A program made the position numbers and the translations under genes. Source: an uncultured Planctomycetia bacterium (GTDB lineage: Bacteria; Omnitrophota; Gorgyraeia; VGKH01; JBHPFN01). From it: a stretch of 64,000 nucleotides of DNA. Where the stretch lies: positions 186,558 to 250,557 of the forward strand of contig CAYOSQ010000003.1 of NCBI GenBank assembly GCA_964406665.1, in the 5' to 3' direction. Below the pieces are notes generated by a model. The model was not told where the DNA came from and made no database searches. It was given only the letters and a program-made list of their open reading frames with translations. Positions 21,209 through 31,231 of the stretch are shown here, in pieces; position 1 is the first letter of the stretch; every line of letters begins with the position of its first letter.

Positions 21209-22118
21209 AAGTTTTCTTATCAGTGCACATGTTGATTTAGAAGGAGATGCGCTTGGTTCCGAGATTGCACTTGCCTATCTTCTGAAAAAACTTAAAAAGA
21301 AAGCATTTATAGTCAATCAGGATGGCGTGCCAGAGTGTTACAAGTTTTTACCAGGTAGAAATATGATAGTAAAAGGAAGGAATATCCCGTTTTTTGATAC
21401 GGCTCTAATTGTAGACTGTTCTGATTTACGCCGCATCGGAAAAGTTAAAGGCTCTATCGCTGAGGATAAGTTTATTATTAATATTGATCACCACTTAAGC
21501 AATGAAAAGTTTGGCCATGTAAATTGGGTGGATGATAAAGCATCGTCTGCATCAGAGATGATTTATAGATTATATAAAGAGTTTAACTTGTCAGTTCCCA
21601 AAGATGCTGCCTTGGCTTTGTATGCAGGAATTTCTACTGATACCGGATTTTTCAAATATTCTAATACCAGGGCACTGACTCACAAAATTACTTCAGAATT
21701 ACTTAATCATGGTTTTGATAGTTACAAAGTATATAAAACTATTTATCAGAATATTCCTTTAGCTGATATGCGCTCGGTTGCTGATATAATCAGTGGTTTT
21801 AAAACAGATGGCGCAAATAAAATTGCCTGGGTAAGCATTAGTAAGAAAGCCGGAGAAGGAATTCTTAAAGGTGAGCTAACTGATATGATTTTTGGATTTT
21901 TGCGTTCTATAAAAGATATTGAAGTAGCTGTTATTTTTAGAGAGAAAGGCAAGGCAGTTACAAAAGTTAATTTACGTGCGCAGGGAAAGGTTAATGTGGG
22001 GAAACTTGCTGTCAGTTTCGGCGGAGGCGGACATAAAAACGCAAGTGGGTTTAGTCTTAATAAGAATATAATCACAGCAAGAAAGCTAGTGCTTTCAAAG
22101 ATAAAGAATCTTATTTAA
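21168..22118 (+). CDS. nrnA: DHH/DHHA1 bifunctional oligoribonuclease / pAp phosphatase
   Basis: H...GDALGS, NIDHH, DTGFF and GGGGHKNASG motifs. Confidence 0.9.
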   Translation: MSVKKVVQAIKKHKSFLISAHVDLEGDALGSEIALAYLLKKLKKKAFIVNQDGVPECYKFLPGRNMIVKGRNIPFFDTALIVDCSDLRRIGKVKGSIAEDKFIINIDHHLSNEKFGHVNWVDDKASSASEMIYRLYKEFNLSVPKDAALALYAGISTDTGFFKYSNTRALTHKITSELLNHGFDSYKVYKTIYQNIPLADMRSVADIISGFKTDGANKIAWVSISKKAGEGILKGELTDMIFGFLRSIKDIEVAVIFREKGKAVTKVNLRAQGKVNVGKLAVSFGGGGHKNASGFSLNKNIITARKLVLSKIKNLI

Positions 22119-22124
22119 ATAAAT

Positions 22125-22790
22125 ATGCTAGAAGGTATCCTTGTAGTAGATAAGCCAGGTGGAATTACATCTCATGATGTGGTTGATGTTGCCCGGGAAA
22201 GGTTAGGTATCAGAAGGGTTGGCCATGCCGGCACGCTGGACCCTATTGCAACTGGAGTTTTGGTTTTGTTAATCGGGAAGGCGACAAAGCTTTTTTCTAG
22301 ATTTCAGGATTTTCCCAAGGAATATGAGGCAACTCTTACTTTAGGAAAAACTACTACAACAGGTGATATTGAGGGTAAGCTTGTTGAGGAATCTGAGTAT
22401 GAAAATATTTCTCAAGAGAAAGCCGAAGAAACATTCTCTAATTTTATGGGAAATAGAGAACAAATACCTCCGATGGTTTCAGCAATTAAACATAACGGCC
22501 GCAGATTATATAAGCTGGCCAGAGAAGGAGTAAGCGTTCCCAGGAAAGCGCGAAACATTACCATTTATGAATTAAAGATAGATAAATTCTATTTACCAAA
22601 TATTGATTTTTATACTAAGTGTTCCAAGGGAACTTATATACGTCAGCTGGGTGAGGATATTGCCTTAGAATTAAATTCCGGTGGGCATATCTCAAGAATA
22701 AGACGTGTCGGGATAGGTCCGTTTGGTATCGAAGATGCAGTAGATTTGGAAGGGATAAATGAAAGTCGCATTCGCAGCTGGAAAGATTAA
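22125..22790 (+). CDS. truB: tRNA pseudouridine(55) synthase
   Basis: DKP.G.TSHD, GHAGTLDP.ATG and CSKGTYIR motifs. Confidence 0.96.
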   Translation: MLEGILVVDKPGGITSHDVVDVARERLGIRRVGHAGTLDPIATGVLVLLIGKATKLFSRFQDFPKEYEATLTLGKTTTTGDIEGKLVEESEYENISQEKAEETFSNFMGNREQIPPMVSAIKHNGRRLYKLAREGVSVPRKARNITIYELKIDKFYLPNIDFYTKCSKGTYIRQLGEDIALELNSGGHISRIRRVGIGPFGIEDAVDLEGINESRIRSWKD

Positions 22791-23697
22791 AAGCAAGACA
22801 AAAAAGCGCATTCTAACTTTAGGTATATTCGACGGAGTGCACAAGGGGCACATCCGTTTGATAAAAGATGTTGTTATGCGTGCACGTAACTGCAAAGGGA
22901 TTAGTGTTGCGCTTACTTTTTATCCGCATCCTTATCATATACTGAAGCCAAAGAAATATCTTCCGCTTTTAATTTCTCTTGAGCATCGCGTTGACTTGAT
23001 TCGCTCTTTAGGGGTGGATGTTTGTTTGGTTCAAGAGTTTACTGATAAGTTTTCTAATACTTCTGCAGTAGAGTTTGTTGAAAATTCCGTGATAAAAAAA
23101 GTAAGGCCAGATGAAATAATCGTGGGAAGTGATTTTAGTTTTGGAAAAAAAAGAGAAGGAAACATTGATTTGTTAAAGACACTAGCAGAAAAATATAATT
23201 TTAAACTTAAAGTAATTGAGCCGGTAAAAATCGGACATAAAGTTGTAAGTAGTACATTAATTAGAAAATTTATTCAGGATGGTAATTTGAAACAGGCTGC
23301 TTTATTTTTATCTCGTAAGGTAAGTGTTGTCGGTAAGGTTATCGAAGGTAAAAAGAGAGGAAGGATTTTAGGTTTCCCTACAGCAAATATTGATTGTGGT
23401 CCTGAAGTTGTTCCTCCGCGCGGTGTTTATTTAGTTAAGGTAATCATCAAGAGAAAAAAATATTTTGGAATTGCCAATATCGGATTTTGCCCATCTTTTA
23501 AAAATTCTTGCCCTAGAGTTTCAACAGAGGTTCATGTTTTTAATTTCAAAGGAAACATGTACGGGGCAATTGTTGAAATAGAATTTTTAAAAAAGATTAG
23601 AGATGAAAAAAGATTTTCTTCCCAAGAAGCCCTAGCCAGTCAAATTAGAAAAGATGAGAAAAAGGCGAAAGGCATCATAAAATATCTGCAGTTATAA
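22759..23697 (+). CDS. ribF: Riboflavin kinase / FAD synthetase
   Basis: G.FDGVH.GH, VSST.IR and G..RGR.LGFPTAN motifs. Confidence 0.96.
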   Translation: MKVAFAAGKIKSKTKKRILTLGIFDGVHKGHIRLIKDVVMRARNCKGISVALTFYPHPYHILKPKKYLPLLISLEHRVDLIRSLGVDVCLVQEFTDKFSNTSAVEFVENSVIKKVRPDEIIVGSDFSFGKKREGNIDLLKTLAEKYNFKLKVIEPVKIGHKVVSSTLIRKFIQDGNLKQAALFLSRKVSVVGKVIEGKKRGRILGFPTANIDCGPEVVPPRGVYLVKVIIKRKKYFGIANIGFCPSFKNSCPRVSTEVHVFNFKGNMYGAIVEIEFLKKIRDEKRFSSQEALASQIRKDEKKAKGIIKYLQL

Positions 23698-23725
23698 GAA
23701 TTTTTTCCGCATTCACATTAATTAC

Positions 23726-23772
23726 ATACCACATATAGCTTCGACACACTTTTTTAACACAATTTGTTGTGT
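23726..23772. promoter_or_regulatory. Putative tandem NrdR-box pair
   Basis: ataccacatatagctt (23726-41) and acacaatttgttgtgt (23757-72), starts 31 bp apart, resembling acaCwAtATaTwGtgt. Confidence 0.45.
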
Positions 23773-23798
23773 TTCATAAAAATAGGGAAATTTTGCCC

Positions 23799-23862
23799 TT
23801 GACAAAGTGGTTCAATTTATGTATAGTAAACATACAAAGTGGCATAAAGTGGGGCGAAGTGG
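23799..23862 (+). promoter_or_regulatory. dcw promoter with MraZ-binding repeats
   Basis: TTGACA-17-TATAGT; (A/G)AAGTGG repeats at 23836, 23846 and 23856 (10-bp period), plus one at 23804. Confidence 0.85.
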
Positions 23863-23879
23863 TTTAGGATAAAAAAACT

Positions 23880-24314
23880 ATGTTTTACGGTGAATATAAA
23901 CATACGATTGACCGAAAAGGGCGGATTGTCCTTCCTTCCAAATTTCGTGAATCGGCTAAAGTCGGATTCGTGGAAAAATTCTATATTACCCGCGGTTTAG
24001 ATAAATGTCTTTTTATGTTTGCTGAAGACGAATGGCGAACACAGGAACAGAAATTTAAAACAATGTCTTTTACCAAACAGGAATCTAGAAAGTTTAACCG
24101 TCTTTATTTTTCTGGTGCAGTTGAAATTATTCCTGATGGTCAGGGAAGAATATTACTACCGGTATATTTAAAAGATTTTGCCGATATAAAGAGAGACGTC
24201 GTCATCATCGGAGTCTCTAACCGAATTGAAATTTGGAGTAAAAAGTTATGGGAAGATTTTTATGCTTCCTCAAAAGATTCTTTTGAGGACATAGCGGAGA
24301 AACTAATTGAATAG
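23880..24314 (+). CDS. mraZ: Transcriptional regulator MraZ
   Basis: MF.GEY.H.ID.KGR..LP.KFR, D.QGRI.LP and RIEIW motifs. Confidence 0.96.
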   Translation: MFYGEYKHTIDRKGRIVLPSKFRESAKVGFVEKFYITRGLDKCLFMFAEDEWRTQEQKFKTMSFTKQESRKFNRLYFSGAVEIIPDGQGRILLPVYLKDFADIKRDVVIIGVSNRIEIWSKKLWEDFYASSKDSFEDIAEKLIE

Positions 24315-24315
24315 T

Positions 24316-25206
24316 ATGGCTATAATGCACAAACCAGTAATGATACAAGAGACAATGGAGAACCTAAATCTTAGGCCAGGTCAGACTGTGCTCGATTGTA
24401 CTTTAGGTACCGGCGGACATGCAGAAGAAATTTTAAAGTGTATCACTCCGGGAGGTAAACTAATCGCAATTGATAGGGATAAAGATTCTATTGATTTAGC
24501 AGCTGAGAGATTAGGCCGGTTTGAAGGTTCTTTTGAACTTATCTGTGACGACTTTAGAAATATCGACAGCATAATGAGAACTGCGGAAATTGAAAAAGTT
24601 GACGCCATATTTTTTGACTTAGGGATTTCTAGTTATCAACTTGAAAACCCTGAGAGAGGATTTAGTTTTATGAGAGAAGGTCCTTTGGATATGCGCATGG
24701 ATAGGAGTAGTTATATTTCAGCTTATGATCTTATCAATTCTCTTTCTGAGACAGAGCTCTCAGGAATTTTGAGAACTTTCGGTCAGGAACGTTGGCATAA
24801 CCGTATCGCTAGAGTTCTTATAAGAGAGAGAAGCATAAGGCCGATAGCTACTACCAGAGAGCTTTCAGAAGTTGTTATGAAGGCTGTTCCACATGGCAGG
24901 GGTTATTCAAAAATTCATCCTGCAACAAGAACATTTATGGCTTTTCGTATCGCAGTAAATCGTGAACTGGAGGCATTAGATTCAGCGCTGAATAAAAGCA
25001 TTGGTTATCTTAAGAAAGGTGGCCGGATTGTAGCTATAGCATTTCATTCTTTGGAAGATAGGATTGTAAAAGTGAAATTCCGAACATGCTCTAAAGAAAA
25101 CCAATTGATCCTTTTAACAAAAAAGCCTTTAAGGGCAACACCAGAAGAAATGCACGATAATGCTCGCTCTCGTAGCGCCAGGCTAAGGGCGGCTGAAAGG
25201 ATATAG
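24316..25206 (+). CDS. rsmH: 16S rRNA m4C1402 methyltransferase
   Basis: H.PV, DCTLGTGGH, DLGISS.QL, GPLDMRMD, HPAT and FHSLEDR motifs. Confidence 0.97.
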   Translation: MAIMHKPVMIQETMENLNLRPGQTVLDCTLGTGGHAEEILKCITPGGKLIAIDRDKDSIDLAAERLGRFEGSFELICDDFRNIDSIMRTAEIEKVDAIFFDLGISSYQLENPERGFSFMREGPLDMRMDRSSYISAYDLINSLSETELSGILRTFGQERWHNRIARVLIRERSIRPIATTRELSEVVMKAVPHGRGYSKIHPATRTFMAFRIAVNRELEALDSALNKSIGYLKKGGRIVAIAFHSLEDRIVKVKFRTCSKENQLILLTKKPLRATPEEMHDNARSRSARLRAAERI

Positions 25207-25596
25207 ATGCGACTATCGAGATTTTTGAATTTGTTGTTGATTGTAACTGTAATGGCGTTGGTTTTTGTGCAGTTGCAGGTTGAGATAGTCAAGCTTGCCT
25301 ATGCTTGCAAAGACGAAGAAACTTCTATGAATAAGTTGCTTGATGATAAGGAAATATTGATGTATAATATCCATAAGTTAGAGTCAGCGGACAACATAGG
25401 GCAGATTCTTCTTTGCAAAGATTCAGATTTGAATTTTATCGAAAAGAGCCAACTGGCCGAGCTAAGGTTACCTGTGGGCTCAGGAAATAATTTCACTTAT
25501 CCGTCTGGAGGATTGAAGGCCAAGAGGCAGAACTTCGTTGCCAGACTTTTTAGCCTAAAATCACAGGCAGAAGCTACCGAAAGACTAAACAAATAA
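25207..25596 (+). CDS. FtsL-like cell division protein
   Basis: TM helix plus coiled coil in the syntenic slot between rsmH and ftsI. Confidence 0.6.
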   Translation: MRLSRFLNLLLIVTVMALVFVQLQVEIVKLAYACKDEETSMNKLLDDKEILMYNIHKLESADNIGQILLCKDSDLNFIEKSQLAELRLPVGSGNNFTYPSGGLKAKRQNFVARLFSLKSQAEATERLNK

Positions 25597-25602
25597 AATA
25601 TT

Positions 25603-27285
25603 GTGTATATCAGAAAGTATAAATTCCGCCTCCAGGCGGTTTTTGTCCTCGTTTTATTCTCTCTAATCTTCCTTTTTGCAAAACTCATACTCATTCAAAT
25701 TTTCAAAGCTGATTATTTAGCTGGAATTGCCAAAAAACAGCACAATTTACTTCTAGAATTAAAACCTGATAGAGGCAATATCTATGATCGTAACATGCAC
25801 CCGCTATCATTAAATGTTCCATCACAATCTATGTATGTTGTTCCAGGCGAAGTAAAGAACAAAGAATCAGTAATTAAACAGTTTTCTAAACTACTGGGAT
25901 TAGATAAAGATTTCTTGCACGATAGATTAAATAGGAAGAAGTCTTTTATCTGGTTGGCAAGGAAATTGTCTCAGGATAAATATTTAGCGGTAAAAAGCCT
26001 GGGTATTAAAGGTATCGGCTTTAGAGAAGAGAGCAGCCGTTATTACCCTAATGGGCATCTAACTTCGCATGTAATAGGCTTTACCGGCATAGATCATTTT
26101 GGACTCGAAGGGCTTGAAAGACATTTTGATAAATATCTTAAAGGTGAATCTGGATGGTGTTTTATTATACGAGACGCTAAGCAGCAAGGATTGTTGTTGG
26201 AAAACGAACTGTTTCCTCCTAAAGATGGATATGATTTAGTTTTAACTATTGATGAGAATATCCAGTATATTGTAGAAAGAGAGCTTAATTGGGGTATAGA
26301 AAAATTTAAAGCCAAAGGAGCAACGTTAGTAATGCTTGATCCTAAAACAGGAGAAATTTTAGCAATGGCTAACAGGCCTACCTACGATCCAAATAAGCTA
26401 ACAAGTTCACCAAAGGATTACAGACGTAATAGAGCAGTAACAGATTTCTTTGAACCAGGTTCTGTGTTTAAGATTGTAACTGCATCTGCTGCCTTAGAAG
26501 AAGGAGCCGTAACAGAAGAAGACGAATTTTTCTGCGAGAATGGTGAATACCGAGTTGCAAATCATATTTTACATGATCATAGACCACATGGAACTTTAAC
26601 TTTCAGAGAAGTTATTGAGCAATCCAGCAATATCGGAGTTTGCAAAGTCGCACAGCTTATCGGTCCTAACTCAATTTATAAATACATTAAGCTTTTTGGC
26701 TTTGGTGCTTTAACTGGCGTTGATTTGCCCGGTGAGGTAATCGGCATAACAAAGAAACCTTCTGTTTGGTCTAAGACTTCTATATCTGCAATTCCTATGG
26801 GGCAAGAAGTTACTGTAACAGCCCTGCAGCTTGTTAGGGCGATTTCTATAATAGCTAATGATGGAATAAGCATGAAGCCTTATGTTGTTAAAAAGATCAT
26901 GGACAAAAAAGGTGAACTTATAAAAGAGTTTTCTCCTGTTGAGACAGGAAGAGCTATTTCTTCAGATACTGCAAAGCGCATGCAAGATATTTTAACCGGT
27001 GTTGTGGAAAGAGGAACGGGACGTTGGGGTAAGCTAAAAGGTATTAATATTGCCGGTAAAACAGGAACTGCTCAAAAAGTTGTAGATGGGATGTATTCTC
27101 ATAGCAAGTTTATGGCAACTTTTATTGGATTTGTTTATGATGAAGAAGGACCAATTATCGCTATGTCAGTTGTGTTTGATGAGCCCAGGACTACGCATTT
27201 TGGCGGTACTGTTTCTGCTCCTGTATTTAAACGGATTGCTAAAGATACATTACGTTATTTAGAAAACAAAGAAAGAAGTAGATAG
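25603..27285 (+). CDS. ftsI: Class B penicillin-binding protein (PBP3)
   Basis: RG.IYDRN, GLEGLE, EPGSVFK (SxxK), SSN and KTGTAQK motifs. Confidence 0.93.
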   Translation: MYIRKYKFRLQAVFVLVLFSLIFLFAKLILIQIFKADYLAGIAKKQHNLLLELKPDRGNIYDRNMHPLSLNVPSQSMYVVPGEVKNKESVIKQFSKLLGLDKDFLHDRLNRKKSFIWLARKLSQDKYLAVKSLGIKGIGFREESSRYYPNGHLTSHVIGFTGIDHFGLEGLERHFDKYLKGESGWCFIIRDAKQQGLLLENELFPPKDGYDLVLTIDENIQYIVERELNWGIEKFKAKGATLVMLDPKTGEILAMANRPTYDPNKLTSSPKDYRRNRAVTDFFEPGSVFKIVTASAALEEGAVTEEDEFFCENGEYRVANHILHDHRPHGTLTFREVIEQSSNIGVCKVAQLIGPNSIYKYIKLFGFGALTGVDLPGEVIGITKKPSVWSKTSISAIPMGQEVTVTALQLVRAISIIANDGISMKPYVVKKIMDKKGELIKEFSPVETGRAISSDTAKRMQDILTGVVERGTGRWGKLKGINIAGKTGTAQKVVDGMYSHSKFMATFIGFVYDEEGPIIAMSVVFDEPRTTHFGGTVSAPVFKRIAKDTLRYLENKERSR

Positions 27286-27291
27286 TTAACA

Positions 27292-28776
27292 ATGAAATTA
27301 AGAGAGTTAATACCCATATTGGTTATCAAAGAAAAAAAGAAATTTCTGGATTTGAATATTTCCGGAGTAACTTGTGATTCTAGGTTTGTTAAGAAAAATT
27401 TTATATTTGTGGCAATTAGAGGAACAGATGCCAACGGAGAGAAATTTATTGATCAGGCAATTAAAAATGGTGCGAAAGTTATAATTTTAAGAAGTAAATC
27501 GAATAAAATCAAAGCAGCAGTTTGTTTCGGTGTATTATTTATTGAAGTTAAAAGTCCACGCAAAACACTTTCTGAACTTTCTGCAAAAATATGTGCAAAT
27601 CCATCTAGTAAAATCAAGGTTATCGGTATAACCGGTACAAACGGTAAGACCACAGTATCTTTTCTAATAGAGTCAATATTGAAGCGTGCTGGTTTTTCAA
27701 CTGGTCTTTTGGGCACAATAAAATACAAATCCGGAAAAAAAGTACAAAAATCTTCTAATACTACTCCGGGGCCAGAATGCGTGCAATCTCTTTTGGCAAA
27801 GATGGTAAGAGAAAAAACAGATTATTGCATTATGGAAGTATCATCTCATGCGCTTGATCAAGACAGAGTGGCAGATGTGGATTTTAGATCAGCAATATTT
27901 ACAAATCTTACCAGAGATCATTTAGATTACCATAAAACTTTTAGTAAATATCTGTTAGCAAAATCAAAATTATTCAAGTGTCTTAGAAAATCATCAAAGG
28001 CATTTATTAATTTAGATAGTCCTTCTGCAGGAAAAATAGTAAAAGGCACACCAGCCAAAATTACTACCTATGGCTTAACTGAGAATTGCGACATAAAGGC
28101 AAAAGATGTTGAACTTAGCTTCTGGGGCATTATCTGTAACATAAGTACACACCAGGGAAGTTTTCCTATAAAGACGAAATTAATCGGTGTGCATAATTTA
28201 TATAACATTTTGGCAGCAGTAAGTTTCTGTTTGAAGGAAGGTATAGATTCTGACATAATAAAGGATACTTTGGTTAACTTTCGGGGAGTTCCGGGTAGGC
28301 TTGAACCGGTTGAATGCGGCCAGCCGTTTAAGGTATTTATTGATTACGCCCATACTGATGATGCATTAAAGAATGTGTTGGAAAGTCTAGCAATAATTGA
28401 TAAAAGAAAAATTATTGTTGTGTTTGGTTGTGGTGGAGATCGAGATAAAACTAAGCGACCTAAAATGGGCAAAGTCGCAAGCGAACTTGCTGATGAATTT
28501 ATCTTAACTAACGATAATCCGCGTAGCGAGGTTCCCAGGAAAATTGTAAAAGATATTGAAAAGGGGATTCCTAAAAAGTTTAAAAATTATTGTGTAATTT
28601 TAGATAGGGCTAAAGCGATAAAAAAAGCAATGCTTAGGGCCAAGAAAAGTGATGTAGTTTTAATAGCCGGTAAAGGTCATGAAAATTATCAGGTTATGAA
28701 GGATGGAAAGTTTTTGTTCAGTGATAAAAAAGAAACAAAACGCATACTTAAATGTTTAAAACAGAAGAAATCTTAA
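27292..28776 (+). CDS. murE: UDP-MurNAc-tripeptide synthetase (meso-DAP-type DNPR motif)
   Basis: GITGTNGKTT, MEVSSH, DYAHT, GCGGDRD, DNPR and AGKGHE motifs. Confidence 0.96.
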   Translation: MKLRELIPILVIKEKKKFLDLNISGVTCDSRFVKKNFIFVAIRGTDANGEKFIDQAIKNGAKVIILRSKSNKIKAAVCFGVLFIEVKSPRKTLSELSAKICANPSSKIKVIGITGTNGKTTVSFLIESILKRAGFSTGLLGTIKYKSGKKVQKSSNTTPGPECVQSLLAKMVREKTDYCIMEVSSHALDQDRVADVDFRSAIFTNLTRDHLDYHKTFSKYLLAKSKLFKCLRKSSKAFINLDSPSAGKIVKGTPAKITTYGLTENCDIKAKDVELSFWGIICNISTHQGSFPIKTKLIGVHNLYNILAAVSFCLKEGIDSDIIKDTLVNFRGVPGRLEPVECGQPFKVFIDYAHTDDALKNVLESLAIIDKRKIIVVFGCGGDRDKTKRPKMGKVASELADEFILTNDNPRSEVPRKIVKDIEKGIPKKFKNYCVILDRAKAIKKAMLRAKKSDVVLIAGKGHENYQVMKDGKFLFSDKKETKRILKCLKQKKS

Positions 28777-30137
28777 AAGCAACTAGCGGAAAAATTATCA
28801 GCGGGAATGCTAATATCAGTATAAAAGGTATTTCTACGGATACAAGAACCATAAAGCCTGGTGAAATTTTCTTGGTGTTAAGCGGAAAAAACTTTGACGG
28901 GCATAATTTTATTAAAGCTGCGTTAATGAAAGGTGCTTGTGGTGTAATGGTAGAAAAAAATCCTAAGTTTAAATTGCCCGATAGATTTTTGTTGATTAAG
29001 GTAAAAAGTACGCTTGATGCTTTAGGGGCAATTGCAAACCTTCACCGTAAGCGTTTTAACATAAAAATAATTGCAATTACCGGAAGCAACGGAAAAACTA
29101 CAGCTAAGGATATGGCGGCACATTTGCTCTCTAGAAAATATAAGGTTTTGAAAACTGAAGGAACTAAAAATAATCAGATAGGAGTTCCCCAGACTTTATT
29201 GAAATTAAATAAGAGTTTTGATGTTGCTGTTTTAGAATTAGGCACAAACCGTTACGGCGAAATAGAAGCACTTTCTAAAATTGTTATGCCGGATATCGGC
29301 ATAATCACGAATATAGCCCTATCTCATATTAAATGCTTGAAAAATTTAGCCGGTGTGTATAGAGAGAAGATTTCTTTGTGTAAAGGCTTAAAGAAAAAAG
29401 GATGTTTAATTTTCAATGCTGATGATAAATACTTAAGAAATATCAAAAAACTAAAAAGGATAAACAAGAAACTCCCTTTTACAATAAATGAGAAAAGCAA
29501 ATTCAAAGCAAGCAGAATTAAAAAAGAAAAAAGCAGTCTCAGTTTTTTACTTAATGGAAAAATTCGTCTTAAGATAAATTCTTTGGCAGAGCATAATATT
29601 TATAATGCACTTGCTGTAGTGGCATCTGTTCGAGAATTGGGAGTATCTTATAAAGAGATTAAATTAATTCTAAATGAATTCCGCTTTCCTCAGGGAAGGG
29701 TTTCATCAACTAATTTAAAGAAAGTAAGTATTGTTGATGACACGTATAACTCAAATCCGCTGTCTTTAAAAAGCTCTATAGATTTACTCTGTCAATATAA
29801 TGGCAGAAGAAAAATATTAGTCTGTGCAGATATGTTAGAGTTAGGTGTTCAGTCTCGAACGCTTCATTCTGCAATTGGTAAAAAAATCGCAAATTCTAAT
29901 ATTGATATTTTGTTTACCCTGGGAAATTTGTCTAAAGAAATTCATCGTGCAGCGAAGAAGAGATCAAGAGGTTATGAGCAGATCAATCATTGCCGCAGCC
30001 ACAGTGATGTAGTCGATAAGCTGGTTAAAATATTGAAATCTAATGATGTTATACTGGTAAAGGGTTCTCGGTCAATGAAAATGGAAAAAGTTATTGAAGG
30101 GCTTAAGCAAAAACTTAAGAAAAATAAGGCGAGGTAA
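28752..30137 (+). CDS. murF: UDP-MurNAc-pentapeptide synthetase
   Basis: ITGSNGKTT, NNQIGVP, DD.YN.NP, DMLELG and VKGSR motifs. Confidence 0.95.
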   Translation: MFKTEEILKATSGKIISGNANISIKGISTDTRTIKPGEIFLVLSGKNFDGHNFIKAALMKGACGVMVEKNPKFKLPDRFLLIKVKSTLDALGAIANLHRKRFNIKIIAITGSNGKTTAKDMAAHLLSRKYKVLKTEGTKNNQIGVPQTLLKLNKSFDVAVLELGTNRYGEIEALSKIVMPDIGIITNIALSHIKCLKNLAGVYREKISLCKGLKKKGCLIFNADDKYLRNIKKLKRINKKLPFTINEKSKFKASRIKKEKSSLSFLLNGKIRLKINSLAEHNIYNALAVVASVRELGVSYKEIKLILNEFRFPQGRVSSTNLKKVSIVDDTYNSNPLSLKSSIDLLCQYNGRRKILVCADMLELGVQSRTLHSAIGKKIANSNIDILFTLGNLSKEIHRAAKKRSRGYEQINHCRSHSDVVDKLVKILKSNDVILVKGSRSMKMEKVIEGLKQKLKKNKAR

Positions 30138-30139
30138 GA

Positions 30140-31228
30140 ATGTTATATTATTTGTTATATCCTTTAAGAGACTTGTTTATTGGTTTTAATGTTTTCCGCT
30201 ATATTACTTTCCGTTCTGCAATGGCGGTAGTAACTACTTTTTTGTTAAGCGTTATCATCGGACCGTTTATTATTAAGAAATTAACTGCTTTTGGTATATG
30301 CCAGCAAGTGAGAAAAGACAAGGATAATATTTCTTATCCTGAACATCAGCATAAACAAGGTACTCCTACAATGGGTGGGATTATAATACTTTTAAGTATT
30401 TTTGTCGCTGTTTTGCTTTGGGCTGATATCAAGAATATTTATATACAGCTTACGCTTTTTACCAGTGTTTGGTTAGGTTTGCTGGGATTTATTGATGATT
30501 ATATTATGATTAAAAATAAACGCTCTAAGGGATTAACTGCCCGGGCAAAATTGTTCTGGCAGGCGGCCTTAGGTGTTATTATCGGTACGATTCTGTATTT
30601 GAATCCAGAATTTAGCACTACACTTGACGTTCCTTTCTTTAAAAATATTATTTTTGATCTTGGTATATTATTTATTCTTTATACTGTTATAGTTTTACTC
30701 AGTACTTCAAATGCTGTAAATTTAACTGACGGATTGGACGGCTTAGCCATCGGTTGTGTGATTGCGGTTGCGGTTAGTTTTAGCATATTAAGCTATATAA
30801 CCGGACACGTTAAATTAAGCGAATATTTATTAGTTCCCTATATTGCTGATGTCGGTGAGTTAGCTGTTTTTTGTTCAGCGATTATTGGTGCTGGATTAGG
30901 ATTTCTTTGGTTTAACTGTCATCCTGCAGAGGTATTTATGGGTGATGTAGGTTCTTTATCTTTAGGCGGAATGTTGGGGGTAATCGCGATTTTTATCAAT
31001 AAAGGTCTTTTGCTAATTATTGTAGGAGGAATTTTTGTCGCTGAGGCATTTTCTGTAATACTTCAGGTAGGTTCGTTTAAGCTTAGAAAAAAAAGAATTT
31101 TTAAAATGTCACCTTTGCATCATCATTTTGAAAAAATGGGCTGGGATGAATCTAAGGTTATTATTCGGTTTTGGATTGTGGCTTTGATACTTGCTTTGAT
31201 AACATTAGCTACTTTAAAGATTCGTTAA
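30140..31228 (+). CDS. mraY: Phospho-MurNAc-pentapeptide translocase
   Basis: K.GTPTMGG, NAVNLTDGLDGL, FMGDVGS and PLHHHFE motifs. Confidence 0.97.
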   Translation: MLYYLLYPLRDLFIGFNVFRYITFRSAMAVVTTFLLSVIIGPFIIKKLTAFGICQQVRKDKDNISYPEHQHKQGTPTMGGIIILLSIFVAVLLWADIKNIYIQLTLFTSVWLGLLGFIDDYIMIKNKRSKGLTARAKLFWQAALGVIIGTILYLNPEFSTTLDVPFFKNIIFDLGILFILYTVIVLLSTSNAVNLTDGLDGLAIGCVIAVAVSFSILSYITGHVKLSEYLLVPYIADVGELAVFCSAIIGAGLGFLWFNCHPAEVFMGDVGSLSLGGMLGVIAIFINKGLLLIIVGGIFVAEAFSVILQVGSFKLRKKRIFKMSPLHHHFEKMGWDESKVIIRFWIVALILALITLATLKIR

Positions 31229-31231
31229 ATT

